Virus record (IMG/VR): IMGVR_UViG_3300020179_000149
Span: 1 to 26,975 of that record
From: a virus
Lineage: Duplodnaviria > Caudoviricetes
Length of the DNA: 26,975 nucleotides
Reading direction: 5' to 3' (one strand)
Below, piece after piece: positions 17,081 to 24,723 of this stretch; the first letter of the stretch is position 1, and every line of letters begins with the position of its first letter. The notes below the pieces were generated by a model. The model searched no databases, had not been told where the DNA came from, and saw nothing but the letters and a program-made list of their open reading frames with translations. The translations under genes and the position numbers were made by a program.

Positions 17081-18631
17081 TCACCCAACCACTATTATAC
17101 GAAAAGAAAGTTGTTTAGAACCTGCCTTGTTGCTCTTAAAATAACGACCACCAGAAATATGGTGCGAGCCACCCATTTCATACAAATTGTCATCATCTGC
17201 TGTAATCATTCCCTCTATTTGTGAGCGCGACGAACCTTGGAGACGCTTGGCAAGTTCGTCAGGCAATATTCCCGCCTTCTGTTTGGGAAAATCACCCCTC
17301 GCTAAAACAAAAGCGTTTTGCCCCCTTGTTTCCATTGCCAGAGCACCATGAACCGATTCTGGCATCATTGACTTGTGAGCCTGATACGCCGCCTCCTCTC
17401 CATGTCGGTCAAATCCACGCCCTGTGGCGAGATGTCCAAACACATCGTGAACAGCCCTGAACTTGTCGTTTGTGTCGTCATCCCAATATGGATGAGAACC
17501 AGTCACCGATGTTTTCATAACCTTGAGCCGTTTGTTCTCAACAACATCTTTTCGCATTGAATGGAATCCGTCATAGGGGTCGTAGTCCACAAACTCTACG
17601 GTTATACCCATTTCTCTTAGCATTTCAAATTGACGCTCAACTTCTTCTTTGAGTTCGTCATACGCTTTTTTTGCTTTTTCATCAACCTCTGGCTGTAGGT
17701 CGTAATGGTCGGCAATTCGTTGTCTTTTCTCAGGCGCAACTGCTACAACATCACTGAAATCACCTTTCAAATGTTTAGCAAACATTGGAATAGGTTCAGC
17801 CAATTGCATGGTCACATTCTCAGGACCAGTTTTATCCATATTCTTGGGTTCCACAATGGTGGGTTTGGCATTAGTGACAGATGGTTTTCTCTTTGACCGC
17901 ATTATTTCTACTATCGGGTCAAAGGTATACCAAGGAATCGTATCTGCCCCATCGCCATCGGTCGTCAAAAAAACGTTTTCCCACTCCCCTGTTTCTTTAG
18001 CCCTCCACAACCTCTCAAGAAAAGCAATTGACTTTTGATTCTGCGCTTTACCTAACTCGTAAGCCCGTTCCCTGTTTTGTTCATTGTTTTCATAGATGTC
18101 AACAACATCAATATAAAACATCCCATTTTCAATCCAAGCCCCAACCCCAACTTGCCTCGCACCCTCTAGCGGTTCGTCAAAAACTCTCTCCCCGTGATAT
18201 TCCATCCATGCAATCACGCGGTCAACCGCATCCTCACGAACCTCGCCATTCTCATCAAAAACCTTATCCATATCCACCGACATACCGTGCTTATTCCTGC
18301 CAACCGATATGCCTTGCTTGACATCAATTTCAAGATTTCTATCCGCAGTGAAACCACCAGACTTTGCCTCAATTAGCCATTTGCGAACAATTTCCGATTT
18401 TTGGGGGCTATCTTGTCTTAATTCAAATTTTTTTATACGAAAACTACGAAGAGTGTTGATGGCATAACTAACTGCCGTAGCAAGGGGTGTTTTGTCCTCG
18501 TCGCTACCCGGCATGGTGAACATTCCGTCACCATCTCCATCTTTGGGAAATTTGGGTTTCCCACCAAGCGCAACACGTCGTATGTTGCCGATGTTCAGTC
18601 CAAGGATTTTTACTTTAATTTCGTCAGGCAT
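17081..18631 (-). CDS. Multidomain head-region protein with DxDxDG motif and C-terminal HDxxGH (zincin-like) domain
   Basis: KDGDGDG near the N-terminus, a middle GGFT...GAW...YIDV...LG..QNQ.SI domain, and C-terminal NDKFRAVHDVFGH...GF...GEEAAY..H...ETRGQN. Confidence 0.8.
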   Translation of the reverse strand: MPDEIKVKILGLNIGNIRRVALGGKPKFPKDGDGDGMFTMPGSDEDKTPLATAVSYAINTLRSFRIKKFELRQDSPQKSEIVRKWLIEAKSGGFTADRNLEIDVKQGISVGRNKHGMSVDMDKVFDENGEVREDAVDRVIAWMEYHGERVFDEPLEGARQVGVGAWIENGMFYIDVVDIYENNEQNRERAYELGKAQNQKSIAFLERLWRAKETGEWENVFLTTDGDGADTIPWYTFDPIVEIMRSKRKPSVTNAKPTIVEPKNMDKTGPENVTMQLAEPIPMFAKHLKGDFSDVVAVAPEKRQRIADHYDLQPEVDEKAKKAYDELKEEVERQFEMLREMGITVEFVDYDPYDGFHSMRKDVVENKRLKVMKTSVTGSHPYWDDDTNDKFRAVHDVFGHLATGRGFDRHGEEAAYQAHKSMMPESVHGALAMETRGQNAFVLARGDFPKQKAGILPDELAKRLQGSSRSQIEGMITADDDNLYEMGGSHHISGGRYFKSNKAGSKQLSFRIIVVG

Positions 18632-18648
18632 CAAAAATAATTATCCCA

Positions 18649-18707
18649 TAAAAAGCGTAGCCCCCGCCTCAACCCCATATTTCGGAGTCTCGGCGGGGGC
18701 GACGCTT
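18649..18707 (-). terminator. Intrinsic terminator after major capsid gene
   Basis: Inverted repeat AAGCGTAGCCCCCGCC (18653-18668) / GGCGGGGGCGACGCTT (18692-18707) with one mismatch, ending in a T-run on the minus strand. Confidence 0.75.
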
Positions 18708-18725
18708 ATTGCGTGTTATTCGGTA

Positions 18726-20042
18726 TTACGGAGCCGCGTCGAATGTGACCTTGACGAACGCTTCTGGACGCTTGACAGCAAGCGCTAGGCGCTGCTCGGC
18801 GAGAATCACAATCGCGTTGCGCACGAAGAAGTCCGCGTGCTGTTCGCTGATGCGAATGTTCGCCGTCTCGCGGTCGTAGATTTGCGCCGCGGTGCCGAAC
18901 GCGCCAACGAGGGCTGTTCCTTCGGCAATTGCGGGCGTGTCCACAATCGGGATGCGCCAGATTCTTGGCTGACCACCAAGGGCGACCGATACAGCAACGA
19001 GGTACTGACCGTTGTCATCCTTGGACAGTTCAATGTCTTCCCAGTCGTTCGGGTGCATCACGACGCCTGTCGGCTCGTAGTACGCCAAGAAGGACAGGGT
19101 CGCGGCGCGACGGATTGCATCCGCCTTGAGGTCGCCTACGCCACCCGCAGACCACGAGTAGGTCTGGATACCGGTGGTGTTGAGCACGCCTTCAAGGTTT
19201 TCGCCGGTGCCGTCGCCGTTGAGGATTTGGGTGTCCTCAAGGAGGCGCAGACCGTACATCAGTTCGTTGTCGATGATGCTACGGAGTTGCGGCTCATCGG
19301 CAAGGACATTGCGGTGAGCGGCTTCCCAGTGAGCCATCGTGCGAACCGGTGCCTGATGTCCAGTGAACTTCAGACCCGACTGCGGCTTGGTGGCGAACAC
19401 TGCGGGCGTACCCGAGCGCTCAGCAACAGTTGCCGCGTTGTTGGTCGGAGGCGTCATGCCAGCCGGGGAGGTGTAGCCGATTTGACGGAAGTACTCAATC
19501 ACGGCAGCGTTGGTGGTGCGCTTCGGGAAGAGGTCGCGGACGCGACGGGTACGAGTCGGGGCAACGACCATCGGGTCGCGCTGGAACGTACCGAACTGCT
19601 CAACCGACGAAAGTGGCGACGCCGGACCAGTTGGCATACCCGTGAAGACATCCTTCACGTTGTACTCAAACGGGGCAGGCATGTTGGCGCCATTGCGACC
19701 TGACTTCAGGGACTTGAACTCCTCTGAAGCGAGGAACGCTTCACCGATGCTCTTGATTTCACGCGAGGTCAGTTGCTGAACTGGCTGAGCGGCGGCGCTT
19801 GCGACCGACTCAGAGGCGGGCTGTGAAGCCCACTTCTCTGCATCGCGCATGCTCTCCATGCCTTCAATCAGGCTCTTGATTTCGCGGATGTCCGACATGT
19901 TGCGGTCGAACGCGCTCTTTTGTTCGGCAGAAACAACAACCGTGCCGTCTTCAACTTTGAATGAGTCGGCGATGGTCTTGTTGTCTGTCATCTTTTCGCG
20001 AAGTGCGGTTTGCAGTTCGCGAAGGCGAATGTCATCAGACAT
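18726..20042 (-). CDS. Major capsid protein, HK97 fold, with N-terminal delta/scaffold region
   Basis: Coiled-coil N-terminus, RVRDLFP, ILNGDGTGENLEG, VMHPNDW..I...KDDNGQY, IWRIPIV and FVRNAIVILAEQRLALAVKRPEAFVK. Strong AGGAGG RBS and GC-biased codon usage. Confidence 0.96.
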   Translation of the reverse strand: MSDDIRLRELQTALREKMTDNKTIADSFKVEDGTVVVSAEQKSAFDRNMSDIREIKSLIEGMESMRDAEKWASQPASESVASAAAQPVQQLTSREIKSIGEAFLASEEFKSLKSGRNGANMPAPFEYNVKDVFTGMPTGPASPLSSVEQFGTFQRDPMVVAPTRTRRVRDLFPKRTTNAAVIEYFRQIGYTSPAGMTPPTNNAATVAERSGTPAVFATKPQSGLKFTGHQAPVRTMAHWEAAHRNVLADEPQLRSIIDNELMYGLRLLEDTQILNGDGTGENLEGVLNTTGIQTYSWSAGGVGDLKADAIRRAATLSFLAYYEPTGVVMHPNDWEDIELSKDDNGQYLVAVSVALGGQPRIWRIPIVDTPAIAEGTALVGAFGTAAQIYDRETANIRISEQHADFFVRNAIVILAEQRLALAVKRPEAFVKVTFDAAP

Positions 20043-20172
20043 TTGAATCCCTCCTGGGGAATGTGTGTGGGTGATTGTAATCGTTATACGACTTAGGTAA
20101 GCACCCAGTCACAGTAAACTATTCATCTACTGACAATACGAGAATAACATGTTTTGTTGTTGTGGCTTGCAA

Positions 20173-21294
20173 CTAAGAGAGTTTGTGTCGCCTGACAACA
20201 TTTTGCGGACAACAACCATCAATAATCTTTACACCGTTTGTTCCATCGGTGAAATAGCCGTCTTTCTTGACTGATTTGACATCCTTGGATGGGTGGTTGT
20301 CGGGAACCAAATCAAAGTCCATTCGTGAACCGCGAGGCATCGGCTCATCCGAACTCATCGCCTTGAGGAAAGTCAATACACGCTTCTTGGCATCTGCCTC
20401 AGAACCAGCAATCAACCCGCGCAAATATACCTGCTTAACATCACGCAAATTAGTTTTGTAAGCCTGCTTCTTGGCGGACGCATTATGTTTACGCACAAGA
20501 ATTGCTAAATCATTAATGGTCTCGCTGCTCACATTTGGCAAACGTTTTTTGGGTCGGGTAACCATTTTTTGTTGCACATCACGCAAACCATCAAAAGATT
20601 TCTTGCCGGTTCGTACACGAGGATTCTTCTTCGGCGACCTATCTGTCCGCAGACCCATAACCCTGTTGTAGTCAGAACCGTTAGAGCATGGCAACCAAAC
20701 GGTTTTGCCGTCACTAGCCGTATATCGCCTGATTCCGATACACCCCAAGTTTCTTGCCCGTACACGGGCAGAGTCGGGGTTTTGAAACACATCGGGGTCG
20801 GTTGACCTACTCACACGATTAACGAAACTCTTGCCCTCCATATTTGAATCAGGACAACAGTTCTCGGACTTGGCAGAAACAAGACCACCATCAGGCAAAG
20901 TTTCAATACCCGCAACACCTCGTTCCCGTAGGGGGTCAAACCGCTCAGTTGCCACACACGGCGCATAGTACTTGTGTCCACCAAAAACAATCGTCCGCAC
21001 ACCCTTACATCCACGCTTGCGGGATGCTTCCTCTGCCATTGCACGAGTCTCGTACATTTCGCCAGATTTTGATTCTGCTAGAGCAGAGCGATGCTCCAAC
21101 TCTGTTCTAGGGATACGAAAACTTTTCGCTGATGCTTTACGCATCTCATTGGAGCCCTTGCGAACCGAAAGAAACTCATCGTGAGAGGCACATGGCATCC
21201 ATGACCCGTCATGCTCATGCGCACCGCGGCAACCGAGTTGACGGGCAACCATGAGTGCCTGCTCCCGAGTTACTTTGGGTTTTTCGTCGCTCAT
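20173..21294 (-). CDS. Head-region protein with three GC.G...PC repeats (DUF3721-like)
   Basis: ARQLGCRGAHEHDGSWMPC, SRKRGCKGVR...YYAPC and ARNLGCIGIRR...VWLPC. AAGGAAG RBS. Confidence 0.8.
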   Translation of the reverse strand: MSDEKPKVTREQALMVARQLGCRGAHEHDGSWMPCASHDEFLSVRKGSNEMRKASAKSFRIPRTELEHRSALAESKSGEMYETRAMAEEASRKRGCKGVRTIVFGGHKYYAPCVATERFDPLRERGVAGIETLPDGGLVSAKSENCCPDSNMEGKSFVNRVSRSTDPDVFQNPDSARVRARNLGCIGIRRYTASDGKTVWLPCSNGSDYNRVMGLRTDRSPKKNPRVRTGKKSFDGLRDVQQKMVTRPKKRLPNVSSETINDLAILVRKHNASAKKQAYKTNLRDVKQVYLRGLIAGSEADAKKRVLTFLKAMSSDEPMPRGSRMDFDLVPDNHPSKDVKSVKKDGYFTDGTNGVKIIDGCCPQNVVRRHKLS

Positions 21295-21302
21295 TTGCTT
21301 CC

Positions 21303-21605
21303 TTAGATATTTATGACCGCGTAGCCAAGTTTCTTGATGATGGCATCAATTTTAATTTTTGCTTCACCCGAGTATTCGCCTTCTTCGGAATCGTAATAAC
21401 TGAAACCCGTCGTCAAACCTTCCAAACTTTTGAAGAACTTGTTTGGTCTTGGGTCTGAATAAATCTTTTTGGAAAACTCATAAAATGTAATGTCGTCTTC
21501 TTTGCTGTTTGAAAACTGACGAACACCATCCCTCACCTCAATGAAAACAATCGGCATGCCTTTGAAGTTAAGGATTTCCGATGGGGTGAACATGCGATAC
21601 TTCAT
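21303..21605 (-). CDS. Small hypothetical protein, candidate immunity protein for the upstream kinase
   Basis: 100 aa, starting 9 nt after the stop of the kinase-domain gene. The function is inferred only from position. Confidence 0.7.
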   Translation of the reverse strand: MKYRMFTPSEILNFKGMPIVFIEVRDGVRQFSNSKEDDITFYEFSKKIYSDPRPNKFFKSLEGLTTGFSYYDSEEGEYSGEAKIKIDAIIKKLGYAVINI

Positions 21606-21614
21606 AAAACAATT

Positions 21615-24308
21615 TTATCCTTTCAGAATGATTGTGGTTATTTCTTCAGGGTCGGCGTCCATCAACCATTGCAGACGCTTATCGGTATAGGCGACCATAT
21701 GGTCAGGTTTATTTCCCTTAATTTTTCGTGGGTTACCCGGTGTGCCCGCTGCTTCCATTACTTCCTTGCCGAACAGTGCAAATTGTACTTTTTCTTGATT
21801 TTCACGCAAGCGTCGCTGAACCGCAATCACCTGTTCTTTAACTTGCTGACGAGTTAATTCTCCATCTTTAACCCTGGCACGAATTCCATTAAGGATATTA
21901 TTTCTGCCAGCAGCACCATCCACCCAATGTTTTAGACCTTCTGCATTTGCGTAGTCTTTATCGTCAGCAAACATACCTGCTTGATGGAAAGTTAAAGACA
22001 TATCAATCGGCACAATACGCCTCAAGCCATTTGAGTCACGAACCACGAAATAATTTCCGCCGTGTCTGTCCACATTCAAAATTGCATAATCCAAAAGGGT
22101 CAACGCAACGCCGTCCTCAACATTTACGTCACGCATGTCATCAAACATTGCTGGCTGCCCAATTTGGTCCAACACATAGTTAGACACATGTTCAAACAGA
22201 ACTGCTCGTCCGTCGCCTTTGTTATCTTTATAGACGGAACCCACAAAACGGAAACCACCAACAGGAAAACCCATTCTTCCGGCAATATTATTCCCTAAAA
22301 CTTCGGCAACATCTTCTTGTTCTCCGTGTGCGCGCCGTTTTTCGTATTTCAACAAATATTGTTTACCAGTTGTTCTATCGGTAAACACACGCATCTCCCC
22401 GTTGATGCCGCCCCTCATTTGCCCGATTTCGTAACGCTTGTCTGACTTTGGTCCGAAAGGACCGTTAGGGTCCTTGTCTGCGTTTGCCTCAAGTGCGCTA
22501 ATGACAAAAACATCGGGTACATCTCGCAAGTCCCCACCATTTTTCAGATGTTCTGCAGCCTGTTCAGCACTACTGATTTTTGTGTTCGGTTCTACCGCTT
22601 TCCCTGCGGGAAGACCGTCATCGCCAAGGGGAGCCAGTTTGTTGTCTTCTTTATTTTGTTTTCCGCCAATCTCTGCGGTCTTCACCTTCGGTGCATCTCC
22701 ATCGGCTTTCGGTTTATTTTTCTTGGGTGAAGTTGGCGGTTTCGGAGGAGTCGGAGTGGGAGCCCTTGGGTTTGACGGCGGAGTTTCGGGTGGCTCTGGC
22801 TTTCTCCACGGCGGGTCGTCAACGGCTTTTTGGAACATCTCGTTTTCTAAATCACGTCGCCTGATGTCTTGTTTGTTCAGAATGATTCTGCGAAGAGCAC
22901 CCTCTCGTTCTCCGGCTGACCGATTTTTTTCGCGGAGAAAGTCTATGTCTTTACTTATGCGTTCAGCCGCCCCACGCTTTTCTTGGTCGTTGATTGCGAT
23001 ACGTTCTTTAAGTTCTTCAACATCTCCCCAATTTCCGTCGCGCACTTCGTCTTCAAATCTGTCTTGAGCGTCCAAAGTGAATTCTTGTTCTTCCCAAAGA
23101 CTCTTCATTCGTTGAAAGTCATCATTGTCGAGACGGTCTATGTTTCCCCTCTCAAGCAACATATTGATATTGTCAAACAAAATATTAAACGCTTCGTCGC
23201 CGTCCGTAGGTGTGCTCGGTTTCTCTGGTGTGGGGGTACTTGGCTTTTTCGGTTCAGGCTTTTTCGCTGTTGGTTTCTTGCGTTTTGGTTTCGGTTCTGG
23301 CTTGACAGACGGTTCCATCGGTTCACCAGTAGGGCGCTTCCCCGCAGTTTCTTTAGCCCTTTCTTCTGACGCTCGTCGCCTACGGGCTCGTGCAGGACGC
23401 TTTGGTTTCGGTTCAACGATTTCTTCTGAACCCGTACGGGGTGCGCCAGGTTCCTCTAACTCTCTGCGCACTCTACGACGCTCAGAGTCGCGCAAACCTT
23501 CATCGCGTGCGTCGGAATCAAAACCACCTCCGCGTACACCACCCCTACGTCGTGGTGCAGGCTTCTTTGGCGCACGAGGCTCTTTCGGTGCGTCACCACC
23601 TTCAAGTGCTTCCGCAACTCCACGCAAACCCCGCTCAATGCGACCACCCTCCTCTGCCCGACCAAGGCGTTGCAACATTCTTCGGTTACGGCGCTCAAGC
23701 CGACGTCCGCGTCGTCTATCGTCAACATTTTCCAATCGTTCACCGATGTTGGTAATAGCATTGGCGATTCTTCGTGCTACACCCCAACCGCAATTTCGTC
23801 CGAATCTGTCGGTTATCTGCCCACCATATCGCGTGCCAACTGGACATCGCCATCCGCCGCGACGACCAGTGCCAGGAATTGAGAGACCCGGGTCCCAAAG
23901 TGCTCTTACTCGTTTTACCTCATAATTGAAAGTTGTCTTGCGTGATTCTGATACGAATGCGCGTGCCTTAAACTGAATTGTTTCGCGTTTTTCGTTTGCG
24001 GAAAAGTATTTAATCGGTATATCAGAAACAGATATTTTTTCTGCAAATTTTTCTTTTGGTTTGGGTTCGCGTCGGAGAGCCTGTGCAACAAGCGTTTCGG
24101 GCATTGGACCTTCTACGGTCATCCCGCGGTCAAGAGCGACGCTTAGTTCCTGTTTTGTTATTTTTGAATTTTTGTATTCATCTTTGAAAGCGTCAACCAA
24201 CCCTTTGGAATCTTCGGCGATTGCGCGAAAAGTCGTTCCAACATCCGATGTTGTGGCGACGAAGTACGGCTTGTCTTCGCGGTTTCTGACGATAAATGCA
24301 GTTTTCAT
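21615..24308 (-). CDS. Large multidomain protein with C-terminal PI3/4-kinase/HipA-like kinase domain
   Basis: RGGING (Gly loop), QYLLK, EDVAEVLG, LLDYAILNVDRHGGNYF and IVPIDMSLTF. N-terminal WDPGLSIPG...WRCPVGTRYGGQITDRFGRNCG domain and Pro/Lys-rich linkers. Start taken at ATG 24308. Confidence 0.85.
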   Translation of the reverse strand: MKTAFIVRNREDKPYFVATTSDVGTTFRAIAEDSKGLVDAFKDEYKNSKITKQELSVALDRGMTVEGPMPETLVAQALRREPKPKEKFAEKISVSDIPIKYFSANEKRETIQFKARAFVSESRKTTFNYEVKRVRALWDPGLSIPGTGRRGGWRCPVGTRYGGQITDRFGRNCGWGVARRIANAITNIGERLENVDDRRRGRRLERRNRRMLQRLGRAEEGGRIERGLRGVAEALEGGDAPKEPRAPKKPAPRRRGGVRGGGFDSDARDEGLRDSERRRVRRELEEPGAPRTGSEEIVEPKPKRPARARRRRASEERAKETAGKRPTGEPMEPSVKPEPKPKRKKPTAKKPEPKKPSTPTPEKPSTPTDGDEAFNILFDNINMLLERGNIDRLDNDDFQRMKSLWEEQEFTLDAQDRFEDEVRDGNWGDVEELKERIAINDQEKRGAAERISKDIDFLREKNRSAGEREGALRRIILNKQDIRRRDLENEMFQKAVDDPPWRKPEPPETPPSNPRAPTPTPPKPPTSPKKNKPKADGDAPKVKTAEIGGKQNKEDNKLAPLGDDGLPAGKAVEPNTKISSAEQAAEHLKNGGDLRDVPDVFVISALEANADKDPNGPFGPKSDKRYEIGQMRGGINGEMRVFTDRTTGKQYLLKYEKRRAHGEQEDVAEVLGNNIAGRMGFPVGGFRFVGSVYKDNKGDGRAVLFEHVSNYVLDQIGQPAMFDDMRDVNVEDGVALTLLDYAILNVDRHGGNYFVVRDSNGLRRIVPIDMSLTFHQAGMFADDKDYANAEGLKHWVDGAAGRNNILNGIRARVKDGELTRQQVKEQVIAVQRRLRENQEKVQFALFGKEVMEAAGTPGNPRKIKGNKPDHMVAYTDKRLQWLMDADPEEITTIILKG

Positions 24309-24388
24309 TTGGGTCTTTCCAATGGTCTGCCAACACCATGCAGACGGTGTTCCAATAATACCATTCACCCAAACAGGGCGTAATGTAA

Positions 24389-24706
24389 CTATTTTTTTTG
24401 ATTATTTGATTTTGAAGGGAGTTGCCCTTTGAGTTTCGTTAACGCATCATCAATCTCTTTTTGAGAAGCGTTTTCTTTCAAAGAAACATTGTATTTGGAC
24501 ATCCCTGTTGAAAGCGCGATTCGTGCTTTGTAGGGAGTGGAAAACACGGTCTTGGCTGCGTCGTTATACCTAGAACTATCTTCCTCTGCGCCAGACAAAT
24601 GGTAACGTTTCCACTTGTTTGCTGCGGTCACAACAACAACCTCATACAAAAATGGTGGCTCCTCTTCGTCAGGAGATGTTACTTGTAGGAGATACGGAAA
24701 GCCCAT
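24389..24706 (-). CDS. Small hypothetical protein, candidate immunity protein for the upstream kinase
   Basis: 105 aa with an AGGA RBS, starting 17 nt after the stop of the second kinase-domain gene. Confidence 0.7.
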   Translation of the reverse strand: MGFPYLLQVTSPDEEEPPFLYEVVVVTAANKWKRYHLSGAEEDSSRYNDAAKTVFSTPYKARIALSTGMSKYNVSLKENASQKEIDDALTKLKGQLPSKSNNQKK

Positions 24707-24723
24707 GTGTTTATCCTAGTCAA

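Noticed and set aside
18837-19703. 288-aa plus-strand ORF
   Set aside because: Antisense shadow of the GC-rich, codon-biased capsid gene, with no motifs.
22690-23420. Short quasi-repeats (PEKPSTPT, PKPP, KPEPK) considered as a CRISPR or tandem DNA array
   Set aside because: They are imperfect and in-frame low-complexity protein linkers, with no fixed repeat-spacer periodicity.
22438-23925. Long plus-strand ORFs (209 and 266 aa)
   Set aside because: Antisense to the Pro/Lys-rich linkers of the kinase protein. The Gly/Phe/Ser-rich composition is the expected mirror.
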